From Patescibacteria group bacterium (GTDB lineage: Bacteria; Patescibacteriota; Minisyncoccia; JAHISW01; Tagabacteraceae): a DNA stretch of 64,000 nucleotides. Under the pieces are notes generated by a model, which had not been told where the DNA came from, searched no databases, and was given only the letters and a program-made list of their open reading frames with translations. The position numbers and the translations under genes are program-made. The stretch covers positions 18,064 through 82,063 of the forward strand of contig JAHJQY010000016.1 in the NCBI GenBank assembly GCA_018819015.1, read 5' to 3'. Shown here piece after piece: positions 1-9,103 of the stretch; within the stretch, counting starts at the first letter, position 1; each line of letters begins with the position of its first letter.

Positions 1-45
1 AAACAAAAAAAATCGGAACAACTCCGAAAAGAATGGACTGATTCT

Positions 46-1374
46 CTACTGCCGTAATCTCAATCTATCCGCCAAAAAATTCTCCAAAACATGAAAATTG
101 TGATATTTTTGACCAGTTTTAAAATTGGTTTCAAGTTTTTTACCTAAATTTTCATCCAAAAACCACCGAGTTGCCTTTTCAACCGCTTTCTTTAAATTTT
201 TATCCGGCACTTCATAAAAACCCGTCTCTTCATTTTTTCTCGCCCCTGACCCCAAAGAAATAAATTTATAACCCTCAGGCTCTATATCTTTTTTAAAAAC
301 AGGGTACTCAAAAACAACAATCGGCCTTTTTGCAAATACCGCCTCAATAAACTGATTGCCCCACCCCTCCCAGATACTGGGAAAAGTTACGAGATCGGCA
401 TAAACATAGGCGTCCCACAACGAATATGTTTTAGCGCCGCCATGAAAAGCCCGTTCAGCCTTAACATAGTTAGAAATAAACTTAACGCGAATGCGCTGGT
501 CAAACGCCTTTGTTTTAAGCTTAAATAAGTAATCTTGTTTTTCATCTTCCGCATAACCGGCCGCAACTAAAACAACTTCCGCATTTTTATCCAGCCTTTT
601 GCCATTATACAATTTCCTGCCGCGCAATTTAGCCATATTTTCCTGCATTTTTTTAGTAAAATCCATGGCCATTTCAATGCCTTTTCTCGGTATCACGCGC
701 GTTGCCTGAAGAATAATTAAATCATTGGGGCTTATGTCAAATTGATTTAAAAAATCGCGGCTAAAAGAATCTTTTTTCCATTGTGCTTGATTAAAATCAA
801 ATATGTCGGGAATTATAACGGAATCTATATTATTTCTTTTTTTAAGTTCCTGCTGGGCCAAAGAATTTATGACAACATGTTCAATATAAGAACTCTGGGG
901 CGGCATATATTTCTCCATATAATTTTTTAAATATTCACCGCGAGGCGCACGGAACTCCTTGCGCTCCCAAAAAAAATCATGATGTGTGGCAATAGTCGGC
1001 AATTTATTTTTCTCAATCCACTTTGCAAAAGATTTGGCGGCCGCAATATGGCCGCCAAACGAAAAAATATTATGAATTAAAACAAAATCAAACTTTTCTT
1101 TTTTTTGAATAACCTCCAGTTTTTCTTCAATAATATTAGAAACTTTTTTTATCTTTCTCTTTAACTCTTCTGCCTCCAAATATTTTTTCTCAAAATAACG
1201 AAACCCGTTTTCTTTAATAATCGGAATAATGCCGTCATCCCACTCCAGCTCTTCTATAATATAATCCGCTCCACGGCTGCGCTTGCCGGCAATTAATTTA
1301 ACTTCAATACCATGTTTCTCCAAAATCTGTTTGCGTTTTTCAATCTCAAGAGAAACGCCGTCGGTTCCGCCCAC
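46..1374 (-). CDS. Glycosyltransferase, GT-B fold (family 4/group 1-like)
   Basis: 442-aa ORF. It carries the C-terminal 'FPSIWEGWGNQFIEA' E-x7-E motif typical of GT4 retaining glycosyltransferases. The N-terminus has 'GGxxxV'. The sugar specificity cannot be read from sequence. Confidence 0.6.
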   Translation of the reverse strand: MGGTDGVSLEIEKRKQILEKHGIEVKLIAGKRSRGADYIIEELEWDDGIIPIIKENGFRYFEKKYLEAEELKRKIKKVSNIIEEKLEVIQKKEKFDFVLIHNIFSFGGHIAAAKSFAKWIEKNKLPTIATHHDFFWERKEFRAPRGEYLKNYMEKYMPPQSSYIEHVVINSLAQQELKKRNNIDSVIIPDIFDFNQAQWKKDSFSRDFLNQFDISPNDLIILQATRVIPRKGIEMAMDFTKKMQENMAKLRGRKLYNGKRLDKNAEVVLVAAGYAEDEKQDYLFKLKTKAFDQRIRVKFISNYVKAERAFHGGAKTYSLWDAYVYADLVTFPSIWEGWGNQFIEAVFAKRPIVVFEYPVFKKDIEPEGYKFISLGSGARKNEETGFYEVPDKNLKKAVEKATRWFLDENLGKKLETNFKTGQKYHNFHVLENFLADRLRLRQ

Positions 1375-1473
1375 CCGATAATGGCAAATGGCAATTTTTT
1401 TTGGTTTTATCTTAATCCTTTTTATGATACTGTGATTCTTTGATAATAATTGTTATTTTTATATTATACAAAG

Positions 1474-2541
1474 ATGAGAATATTAGCCATAGAAACTTCC
1501 TGCGACGAAACGGCAATAAGCGTTTTGAGCGCGGATAAAAAGGAATTTAAGATTTTATCCAACGTTATTTCCTCGCAGGTGAAAATACATGCCGAATGGG
1601 GCGGAGTGGTGCCCAGTTTGGCTAAGCGTGAACATCTTAAAAATTTGCCCGTTGTTTTAAAAAAAGCGCTGGCGCGGGCAAAAATTAAAAAACCAGAAAA
1701 AAAAATCAATCTTATCGCCGTTACCCAGGGTCCCGGGCTAGAACCAGCCTTATGGACAGGCATTAATTTTGCTGAAGAATTGGCGAAAAAATGGAGTAAA
1801 CCTTTAATACCCATAAACCACATGGAAGGGCATTTCTTTTCTGTTTTTCTTAAAAACAGAAAAGAGGGCGAACAGGAAATTCCAAAATTAGAATTTCCTG
1901 TTTTAGCCTTGCTAGTCAGCGGCGGACACACGGAATTAATTCTCGTAAAAGATTGGCTGAAATACAAAATTCTCGGACAAACCCGCGACGACGCCGCCGG
2001 TGAGGCCTTTGATAAAGTGGCGAAAATGATGAATTTGGGATACCCCGGAGGGCCTATTATCTCGAGACTCGCCAATGTTCGAAGTTCAACTTCGAACATT
2101 GAATTACCTAGGCCGATGATAAATTCAAAAGATTATGATTTTTCTTTTTCCGGCTTGAAAACCGCAGTTTTATATACTCTTAAAAAATTCCCAGTTGCCA
2201 ACTACAAATTACTAGCGCCCGGCATTTGCCGTGAATTTCAGCAGGCGGTAATTGATGTTTTGATTTCCAAAACAATACGGGCGGCCAAAGAATATAAAGC
2301 CAAAACTATTATAGTCGCAGGAGGTGTTGCCGCCAACAAAGAACTTCGCAAACAATTTGGACGAAAAATTAAAAAAGAACTGCCAATTACTAATTACTTG
2401 TTACCAATTACTAAGTTTTCAGGCGACAATGCGGCCATGATTGCTTTAGCCGCTTATTTTCGTTTCAAGGCAAATAAAAAATCCCATCAGTCACGGCTGA
2501 TGGGATTAAAAGCTCTTGGCAATTTAAAAATTAGTTATTAA
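1474..2541 (+). CDS. tsaD: tRNA N6-adenosine threonylcarbamoyltransferase TsaD (Kae1/Gcp family)
   Basis: Starts 'MRILAIETSCDETAISV' and contains 'GVAANKELR' and 'SGDNAAMIA', all hallmark TsaD motifs. The start was moved to the ATG at 1474. Carries the in-frame 27-nt palindrome at 2074-2100 (NVRSSTSNI). Confidence 0.9.
   Translation: MRILAIETSCDETAISVLSADKKEFKILSNVISSQVKIHAEWGGVVPSLAKREHLKNLPVVLKKALARAKIKKPEKKINLIAVTQGPGLEPALWTGINFAEELAKKWSKPLIPINHMEGHFFSVFLKNRKEGEQEIPKLEFPVLALLVSGGHTELILVKDWLKYKILGQTRDDAAGEAFDKVAKMMNLGYPGGPIISRLANVRSSTSNIELPRPMINSKDYDFSFSGLKTAVLYTLKKFPVANYKLLAPGICREFQQAVIDVLISKTIRAAKEYKAKTIIVAGGVAANKELRKQFGRKIKKELPITNYLLPITKFSGDNAAMIALAAYFRFKANKKSHQSRLMGLKALGNLKISY
2074..2100. 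repeat. 27-nt perfect palindrome, in-frame in tsaD (type copy of family 1)
   Basis: aatgttcgaagtt-c-aacttcgaacatt. Identical copies at 2889-2915 (valS) and 10293-10319 (SpoU). Variants at 45631-45657, 58419-58447, 62557-62585 and 59862-59910. Confidence 0.9.
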
Positions 2542-2726
2542 TCACAGCAATCTCCTGGAAACCAACCGGCAGGACAACCCTCACTAGAAAAACCCTGAAG
2601 CTCTTTGTGAACCTCGAATTCTTTTTGGTGAAGATGGGCTTTCGCCCTCAACAAAATTGCGTTTCTGTTTTTTGAAGGGACCTCCTCCAAAACCTCCACA
2701 ATCCTTCTTACTACGTCTTCATGCAT
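2538..2726 (-). CDS. Hypothetical small protein (62 aa), antisense between tsaD and valS
   Basis: Open frame filling the tsaD-valS gap on the opposite strand. No recognisable motif, so it may be spurious. Confidence 0.2.
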   Translation of the reverse strand: MHEDVVRRIVEVLEEVPSKNRNAILLRAKAHLHQKEFEVHKELQGFSSEGCPAGWFPGDCCD

Positions 2727-2792
2727 TGCCTAATCTCCTTTTTATGCGATAATTTATGTATCCACAGAGAAGTTAAGCATATAAAAGTTTTT

Positions 2793-4808
2793 ATGTCAAG
2801 TTTCAACCAGCCATACGACCCAAAAGAGACTGAAGAAAAAATTTACAAGATTTGGGAAAAATCGGGCTTTTTTAACCCCGACAATCTCAATGTTCGAAGT
2901 TCAACTTCGAACATTGGTAAAAATTTTTCTATTGTTCTGCCGCCGCCAAATATCACCGGCTCGCTCCATATGGGCCATGCCCTCAACGCTACGATTCAAG
3001 ATATTTTAATACGCAAAAAAAGAATGGAAGGATTCAAAACCCTTTGGCTTCCGGGCACTGACCACGCCGGCATTGCCACGCAAAATGTCGTGGAAAAAAA
3101 TTTACTGAAAACAGAAAACAAAAGACGGCACGACTTAAGCCGAGAAAAATTCCTGGAAAAAATCTGGGAATGGAAAGAAAAATATGGCAATGAAATTTTA
3201 AACCAACTAAAAAAACTGGGGGCTTCCTGCGACTGGTCGCGAACCCGTTTCACCATGGATGAAGATTATCAAGAAAAAGTCCGTCAGGCCTTTCTGCATT
3301 ATTACAAAAAGGGCTGGATTTACCGCGCGGAAAAAGTAGTCAACTGGTGTGTCAAATGCCAAACTAGTTTATCTGACCTGGAACTGGAATACGAAGAAGA
3401 AAAAGGGAAACTATATTATATAAAATACCTGCCTGCCGGCAAGGCAGGTGGCCCAATAACCGTCGCAACAACAAGACCAGAAACAATGCTTGGAGACACA
3501 GCTGTTGCCGTCAACCCAAAAGACAAAAGGTATAAAAATTTAATAGACAAAAAAGTACTTTTACCAATTGTTGAAGAAGAAATTCCTGTTATCGCCGACG
3601 CAGCCGTAGAAAAAGAATTTGGCACCGGCGCAGTAAAGGTAACCCCGGCTCACAGCATAGTTGATTCTGAAATGGGAGAAAGACATGAATTGCCATCCAA
3701 AAAAATAATTAACGAATTTGGTAAAATGACTTTTGGAAAATACGCCGGGCTTTCCATCAAAGACGCGCGTGAACAAATTATTAAAGATTTGGGAAATAAA
3801 ATAGAGAAAATAGAAGACTATTCTCACAACCTCGCCACCTGTTATAGGTGCGGGAGTGTTATTGAAAATCTGCCCAGCCTGCAATGGTTTTTGAAAATGG
3901 ATCAACTGGCCAAAACAGCAATCAAAGCCGTCAAATCGGGCAAAGTGGTTTTTCATCCCAAGCGCTGGGAAAAAATTTATCTGGACTGGCTTTCCAACAT
4001 AAAAGACTGGTGCATTTCACGCCAAATCTGGTGGGGACACAAAATTCCCATTGAAAATTCAGAGGATGTTTTGGATACTTGGTTTTCGTCGGCTCTTTGG
4101 CCTTTTGCCACGATGAACAAAAAAGATATCAAAGAATTTTACCCGACCAATGTTTTGTCCACGGCTCGCGACATCATAAATCTCTGGGTGGCGCGCATGG
4201 TTTTTTCAGGAATTGAATTTGAAAAAAAAGCACCTTTCAAAAACGTATTAATTCATCCGACTATTTTAAACAAAGAAGGAAGAAAAATGTCCAAGTCGCT
4301 TGGAACAGGAGTGGATCCGATGAATTATATTGAAAAATACGGCGCGGATGCTACACGCTTCGGTCTAATCTGGCAGATGATGGGCAACCAGGATATACAC
4401 TGGGCCGAAGAACATGTTTTGGCCGGCAAGAAATTCTGCAATAAAATTTGGAATGCCAGTCGGTTTGTGCTAGCACAAAACGAAAATTACAAATTACAAA
4501 TTACAAATTCTAATGAACCAATATTAAAACAGTTAAATAAAATAATTAAATCAACCGACAAAAACATCGAACAATATCAATTTGGGCCGGCGCTTCATGA
4601 TTTATACAATTTTTTCTGGCGCGAATTTTGCGACAAATATATTGAGGAGTATAAAAAAAGCCAAGACAAAAACCCGGAAACGCTTTTATTGGTTTTAACG
4701 ACCTGCCTAGAACTTCTTCATCCTTTTATGCCGTTCATTACCGAAGAAATCTGGTCTAAATTACCCAACAGAAAAAATTTATTAATAATAGAAAAGTATC
4801 CAAAATAA
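2793..4808 (+). CDS. valS: Valyl-tRNA synthetase (short form lacking C-terminal coiled coil)
   Basis: Has HIGH-region 'PPPNITGSLHMGHAL', 'KMSKSLGTG' and the 'WCISRQIWWGHKIP' editing/CP1 signature. The start was moved to 'MSSFNQPY'. Contains the 27-nt palindrome at 2889-2915. Confidence 0.9.
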   Translation: MSSFNQPYDPKETEEKIYKIWEKSGFFNPDNLNVRSSTSNIGKNFSIVLPPPNITGSLHMGHALNATIQDILIRKKRMEGFKTLWLPGTDHAGIATQNVVEKNLLKTENKRRHDLSREKFLEKIWEWKEKYGNEILNQLKKLGASCDWSRTRFTMDEDYQEKVRQAFLHYYKKGWIYRAEKVVNWCVKCQTSLSDLELEYEEEKGKLYYIKYLPAGKAGGPITVATTRPETMLGDTAVAVNPKDKRYKNLIDKKVLLPIVEEEIPVIADAAVEKEFGTGAVKVTPAHSIVDSEMGERHELPSKKIINEFGKMTFGKYAGLSIKDAREQIIKDLGNKIEKIEDYSHNLATCYRCGSVIENLPSLQWFLKMDQLAKTAIKAVKSGKVVFHPKRWEKIYLDWLSNIKDWCISRQIWWGHKIPIENSEDVLDTWFSSALWPFATMNKKDIKEFYPTNVLSTARDIINLWVARMVFSGIEFEKKAPFKNVLIHPTILNKEGRKMSKSLGTGVDPMNYIEKYGADATRFGLIWQMMGNQDIHWAEEHVLAGKKFCNKIWNASRFVLAQNENYKLQITNSNEPILKQLNKIIKSTDKNIEQYQFGPALHDLYNFFWREFCDKYIEEYKKSQDKNPETLLLVLTTCLELLHPFMPFITEEIWSKLPNRKNLLIIEKYPK

Positions 4809-4813
4809 ATTAA

Positions 4814-5518
4814 ATGACCTCGACTAATTTATTTTTCGCTTTGTCGGGCGGCATTCTGCCGGCATTATTATGGTTGTGGTTCTGGCTGAAAGAGGATCGC
4901 CTTCGTCCCGAGCCGCGGCGGCTGATAATCCTCACCTTCTTGGCCGGCATGGCCGTCGTTGCTTTCGCATTGCTGTCTGAACAAGCGGTATTTTTTGTTT
5001 TCAAAAAAGCAAATTTGACAACGGCGCTTGATGGATTCTTGCTGCTCTTTGTTTGGGCGGCGATTGAAGAAACGGCAAAATATCTGGCGGCGCAAAAAAC
5101 GGCCCTCAACAAAAAAGAATTTGACGAACCGGTTGACGCGCTGATATACCTTATAACCGCGGCTCTGGGTTTTGCCGCCCTGGAAAATGTGATTTTTTTG
5201 ATCAGCGTAATCAACGATTACGGGCTTATGGCGGGGCTTATAACCGGCAATCTGCGGTTTGCCGGAGCCACTTTGCTGCATATTCTCAGTTCATCGGCCA
5301 TTGGCGGCGCCATTGCCTTTTCTTTTTTCCGCCCAAAAAAATATTTGCGGAATATTTTTTTGGGCATAATCACGGCGATTTTGTTGCATACTGTCTTTAA
5401 TTATTTTATAATTAAAAGTAGCGGGGAAAATATTTTTCAGGTATTTTTACCGCTTTGGATATTAATAATTATACTGCTTCTGGTTTTTGAACGAATCAAA
5501 AAAATAAAAAATAAATAA
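4814..5518 (+). CDS. PrsW-family intramembrane metalloprotease
   Basis: Polytopic membrane protein with 'EETAKY' (EExxK), 'FAALEN' and two His motifs ('HILSS', 'HTVFN'), as in the PrsW/YpdC family. Confidence 0.6.
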   Translation: MTSTNLFFALSGGILPALLWLWFWLKEDRLRPEPRRLIILTFLAGMAVVAFALLSEQAVFFVFKKANLTTALDGFLLLFVWAAIEETAKYLAAQKTALNKKEFDEPVDALIYLITAALGFAALENVIFLISVINDYGLMAGLITGNLRFAGATLLHILSSSAIGGAIAFSFFRPKKYLRNIFLGIITAILLHTVFNYFIIKSSGENIFQVFLPLWILIIILLLVFERIKKIKNK

Positions 5519-5543
5519 AATATTAAAATTTAACAAAAAAAAT

Positions 5544-6041
5544 ATGCCCAAAAATTCAAGTTCATTTTTTGAAAGATTAACCGGGAATCTCTCAATTCAC
5601 GATAATGTGGAAGAAGAAATGGAAAAACTAATTAGCCGCCACGAAGACAAGCCAGCGGCCAAAAAAGATAAACAGGCCGACAAACAAACCAACAGCTGGA
5701 TGGATGAAGGGGAAGGACAGTTAACGGTTGATATGTACCACAAGCCTTCTGAAATTATAGTTCAAGCGATGCTGGCGGGGGTTAAACCGGAAGATTTGGA
5801 TGTTTCAATAACTCAAGATATGATAACCATAAAAGGCCAGCGTCAAAAAATAAAAGAGGTTTCCGAAGAGAACTATTACTACAAAGAACTTTATTGGGGC
5901 GGCTTTTCGCGGTCAATTCTTTTGCCGCAGGAAATTGATGTGGAAAATTCCGAAGCGACACTAAAAAACGGTTTGCTGACAATCAAACTGCCAAAAACCA
6001 ACAAAGAAAAATCTCAAAAAATAAAAATCAAAAGCGAGTAG
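5544..6041 (+). CDS. Hsp20/alpha-crystallin family small heat-shock protein
   Basis: Alpha-crystallin domain: '...ELYWGGFSRSILLPQEIDVENSEATLKNGLLTIKLPK'. Confidence 0.8.
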   Translation: MPKNSSSFFERLTGNLSIHDNVEEEMEKLISRHEDKPAAKKDKQADKQTNSWMDEGEGQLTVDMYHKPSEIIVQAMLAGVKPEDLDVSITQDMITIKGQRQKIKEVSEENYYYKELYWGGFSRSILLPQEIDVENSEATLKNGLLTIKLPKTNKEKSQKIKIKSE

Positions 6042-6051
6042 CAAAATTTTA

Positions 6052-6123
6052 TGCCGAAGGCGAGAATCGAACTCGCGACCCCTTCTTTTTCAGAGAAGTG
6101 CTCTACCACTGAGCTACTTCGGC
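6052..6123 (-). tRNA. tRNA-Phe (GAA)
   Basis: Reverse complement reads GCCGAAGTAGCTCAGTGGTAGAGCACTTCTCTGAAAAAGAAGGGGTCGCGAGTTCGATTCTCGCCTTCGGCA. Cloverleaf with a 7-bp acceptor, anticodon loop CTGAAAA (GAA) and T-loop TTCGATT. Confidence 0.85.
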
Positions 6124-6127
6124 TTCA

Positions 6128-6436
6128 TTAATTCCCAAAAACGTTTTGTATTTTCCCCAAAATATCCGGCGGGAGATTTTTCACTGCCTGGCCGGCCTGA
6201 CCCAAACTAGAAGCATCTTCTCTAATCTGACCCATAGATTGATAAAAAGTTTCAATAAACGGCTGGATGTAATAATAAGAGCCCAAAGACAAACCTATTA
6301 TTAAAGCCCATTTCAAAAATGTTAAAAATTTGCTAAACCTCTGCGTTCGCTGTATTTTCTTTAAAATATTAAACGATTCCTCGGAAAACGCAAGGTTTTT
6401 CTTTAATAATCTTTTTATTTCTTCTGTGTCATCCAT
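6128..6436 (-). CDS. Hypothetical small membrane protein (102 aa, one TM)
   Basis: ORF between tRNA-Val and tRNA-Phe, co-oriented with them, with one hydrophobic helix. Confidence 0.4.
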   Translation of the reverse strand: MDDTEEIKRLLKKNLAFSEESFNILKKIQRTQRFSKFLTFLKWALIIGLSLGSYYYIQPFIETFYQSMGQIREDASSLGQAGQAVKNLPPDILGKIQNVFGN

Positions 6437-6472
6437 TATTTTATTATAACAAATTTAATAAAAGTTTGTGAT

Positions 6473-6549
6473 TGGTGGACGATGAGGGGCTCGAACCCCC
6501 GACCTCCTCGGTGTAAACGAGGCGCTCTAGCCAACTGAGCTAATCGTCC
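6473..6549 (-). tRNA. tRNA-Val (TAC), CCA encoded
   Basis: Reverse complement reads GGACGATTAGCTCAGTTGGCTAGAGCGCCTCGTTTACACCGAGGAGGTCGGGGGTTCGAGCCCCTCATCGTCCACCA. Anticodon loop TTTACAC. Confidence 0.85.
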
Positions 6550-6555
6550 AAAATA

Positions 6556-6627
6556 TCTCCCCGGAGGGAATCGAACCCCCATTTAGGGCTTAGAAGGCCC
6601 CCGTTCTGTCCGTTGAACTACGGGGAG
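6556..6627 (-). tRNA. tRNA-Arg (TCT)
   Basis: Reverse complement reads CTCCCCGTAGTTCAACGGACAGAACGGGGGCCTTCTAAGCCCTAAATGGGGGTTCGATTCCCTCCGGGGAGA. Anticodon loop CTTCTAA. Confidence 0.8.
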
Positions 6628-6902
6628 GGATCGCTAATTTTAACTCCCTCTTTTAATATCCTGTCAAACGCCTGTTTCTTTTCGTCAATCCTGGAACTTG
6701 CCGCCCTAAACAAATCTTCATTTATAGCCGCTCGCTCCGTATCCTCAACGATCGCCGCTGAATCTAAATCTTTTTTCAGCGCCAAAAAGAACCAGACGTT
6801 TGAAACCAATATTACAATAAACAACAGCAAAAAAGCAACCAGGCCGACGCCCCACCAAAAATAAGGATCAAATTTTATTTTTTCAAATTTAATCATTTTC
6901 AA
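6618..6902 (-). CDS. Small membrane protein (94 aa) at the end of the pilMNO operon, a possible pilus-assembly accessory protein
   Basis: N-terminal TM helix plus a short hydrophilic tail. Its start overlaps the pilO stop. Its 3' end overlaps the tRNA-Arg 5' end by 10 nt. Confidence 0.4.
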   Translation of the reverse strand: MKMIKFEKIKFDPYFWWGVGLVAFLLLFIVILVSNVWFFLALKKDLDSAAIVEDTERAAINEDLFRAASSRIDEKKQAFDRILKEGVKISDPSP

Positions 6903-7413
6903 AACTTAAAAGCCTTAATTCCAAATCGGCCTCCCAATATTTTTCCAATTTCGGATTCTGTATATAAACTCTCTGGAAACTTAATTGATATTTGTCATTT
7001 TCCAAAAGCGAAACGAAGAAATAAATATTGGAAAAAGCGCCTTTCAAAGAAATATCGAAAACTGGTTTTTCTTCAACGCCCCCGGCGATATCGGCCCGGC
7101 GCGTTTTCAATTCAACCCCCGCCTTCTTTGCCAAATACTCAATTCTTTCAATAAAATCAACAATTGATGATTCGTTCAAAAAAGCCAATTTAATATCATT
7201 TTGTTTATCCGCCCTTAATGCCAGTTCTTTTTTAATATCTTTAATATTTTTAATCCTTTGTTCGTAAAAATAAATGCTGTTTTTTGTCTCCAAAAAAGAG
7301 TTCTTCTTAAAATTTATTTGCCTTGCCAGCAAATAGGCCAAAAAACAAAAAGCCAAATTCAAAACAACGGCCAGTATTACAGATATTAAAAATTTTTTAT
7401 TATTAATCGTCAT
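6889..7413 (-). CDS. pilO: Type IV pilus assembly protein PilO-like
   Basis: 174 aa with an N-terminal TM and a coiled-coil, sitting in the pilM-pilN-pilO position. Confidence 0.6.
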   Translation of the reverse strand: MTINNKKFLISVILAVVLNLAFCFLAYLLARQINFKKNSFLETKNSIYFYEQRIKNIKDIKKELALRADKQNDIKLAFLNESSIVDFIERIEYLAKKAGVELKTRRADIAGGVEEKPVFDISLKGAFSNIYFFVSLLENDKYQLSFQRVYIQNPKLEKYWEADLELRLLSFEND

Positions 7414-7955
7414 AATTCCAGCATTAAAGAAAAATTCACGTCTTTTTCCGTCAAAAGGCTTGATATGGGCAATTTTATATCTTTAAAATATTTTTCTGAT
7501 TTTAAATCTTCAACAAAATCCATCAATCCTTTCCTTGTGTCGGCGCGACCCTCAAGAGAGAGTTTTAGCGAAGTTTTTTTGCCCTCCAGGGCATCAAAAA
7601 GAAAAGAATTTATTTTAACTTGGCCAGGAGGCAAAACTTTCAAAACTTCCAAAATGCCGCCCGAAACCAAATAAATTTTCTTTTCATTTTCTTGAAACAC
7701 GGCCATTAAGTCATTCAAATTCTGAATTTCTGTTTCTGTTTTTGCCAAACTTTTTGTTTCGGCAAATTTTTTGACAAACAATAACTGTTCATTAATATTT
7801 CCTGAGTAATAATCCGCAAGAGAAGATAAGGCGAGCAACAAAACAATCTCCACCAGCGCCAAAAAGAAAAAACCCAGGCCCAAAACAACTATTAAGCGCC
7901 TTAAAAATTCACGATTGCGCTCTTTTTTATTTTTTAATGGCAGTAAATTTATCAT
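7410..7955 (-). CDS. pilN: Type IV pilus assembly protein PilN-like
   Basis: 181 aa with a short cytoplasmic N-terminus followed by a TM. Its reading frame overlaps both pilM and pilO. Confidence 0.6.
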   Translation of the reverse strand: MINLLPLKNKKERNREFLRRLIVVLGLGFFFLALVEIVLLLALSSLADYYSGNINEQLLFVKKFAETKSLAKTETEIQNLNDLMAVFQENEKKIYLVSGGILEVLKVLPPGQVKINSFLFDALEGKKTSLKLSLEGRADTRKGLMDFVEDLKSEKYFKDIKLPISSLLTEKDVNFSLMLEL

Positions 7956-9040
7956 ACTTCTCTCAAAAAATTTCTTAAAGCCAGGCCTATGGCTGTGGCA
8001 TACATAAAAGATTCCCGATGCTCCATCTCCGGCACATAATTTTCAAAAGAAAAGATATTTACCCAAGGATTGGCCGCCTCTACCGGCCTGCTTGATCCAT
8101 AGGACAAATAATCTGTAAGTCCCGGCATATTGGCATCGCCGCCGCAAAGAATAATTTTTTTTATTTCTTTATTTTTAAACCCTTGTTCTTCCGCGTATGT
8201 CTGCCAATAATTTGAAACTTCGGCAATCTCATCTTTTATTACCGAAACCACGGGCAAGATAACCTCAAAGTCGCCCCCTTCTTCTGTCTTCCGAAGGATT
8301 TTCTTTTTTTTTAATTCTTCAGCTTCAAAAATACTCAAATTCAATTTTTTTGCCAAAGCATTGTCAATATTCTCTCCGGCGACACTTACGGTGGAACCAA
8401 ATTTAACAACACTTTCCTCTCCAACCAAAAAACTGGTTCGCGTTTTTCCAAAATCTATTACCATAACCGCATCTTTGCAATCCGGCTCAACCACAGCCCT
8501 AAAAAGAGACTGCGTTTCCAGCTCAAAAACAACCGGAATAAAACCAGCTTTTTCAAAAATTTCAACGTAATCCTCAATAATTTCTCTGGGAAAAGCGCTA
8601 AGAGCAATTTCAAGACTGTCTTTTTTTGACGGATTTTTAACAATTTCAAAATCATAAACAATATCTGCCGGAGAAAAAGGAACAATTTCTTCCAATTGAA
8701 GTTCTAGACTTTTTCTAATCTGCGACCGCGACATCAAAGGAAGACGAACGATCTTCAAAAATGCTTTTTCTTCAGGCAAAGAAGCTATAACAAATTTATT
8801 GTTCGTCTCTTTTTCTATCAAACGAAGAGTCTCTATTAAAATTTCTTTTTGTTTCACTTCTCCTTTTTCCACCGCCCTCTTCTCAACTTTCTTGTCGCCG
8901 AATTTTTTTAATCTCAAAAAGCCGCCAACTTTTTCCATTTCTACATATTTTATGCTTCTATCGGAAATATCAATGCCAACAGCCGGCATTTTCAAATAGC
9001 GCGGCACCGGGAAAAATCTAAATAAAAAATTTCCACCCAT
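7952..9040 (-). CDS. pilM: Type IV pilus assembly protein PilM (actin-like ATPase fold)
   Basis: 'VGIDISDRSIKYVEM' at the N-terminus and 'ILCGGDANMPGLTDYLS' near the C-terminus, as in PilM/FtsA-like proteins. Confidence 0.75.
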   Translation of the reverse strand: MGGNFLFRFFPVPRYLKMPAVGIDISDRSIKYVEMEKVGGFLRLKKFGDKKVEKRAVEKGEVKQKEILIETLRLIEKETNNKFVIASLPEEKAFLKIVRLPLMSRSQIRKSLELQLEEIVPFSPADIVYDFEIVKNPSKKDSLEIALSAFPREIIEDYVEIFEKAGFIPVVFELETQSLFRAVVEPDCKDAVMVIDFGKTRTSFLVGEESVVKFGSTVSVAGENIDNALAKKLNLSIFEAEELKKKKILRKTEEGGDFEVILPVVSVIKDEIAEVSNYWQTYAEEQGFKNKEIKKIILCGGDANMPGLTDYLSYGSSRPVEAANPWVNIFSFENYVPEMEHRESFMYATAIGLALRNFLREV

Positions 9041-9103
9041 ACTTTTATTATAAACAATAACGGGCTTGAATAAAAGAAATTTTATCTTTATAGTAAAAAC
9101 ATT

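Noticed and set aside
1464-2099. 211-aa ORF antisense to tsaD
   Set aside because: Lies entirely inside a confidently identified tsaD on the opposite strand and has no motif. It is a typical shadow ORF.
2996-3956. Three minus-strand ORFs (2996-3256, 3416-3625, 3561-3956) inside valS
   Set aside because: Antisense to a clearly conserved valS and low-complexity, so judged spurious.
6613-6864. Plus-strand ORF overlapping tRNA-Arg and the small pilus-operon ORF
   Set aside because: Overlaps a tRNA and a better-supported minus-strand gene. No signal.
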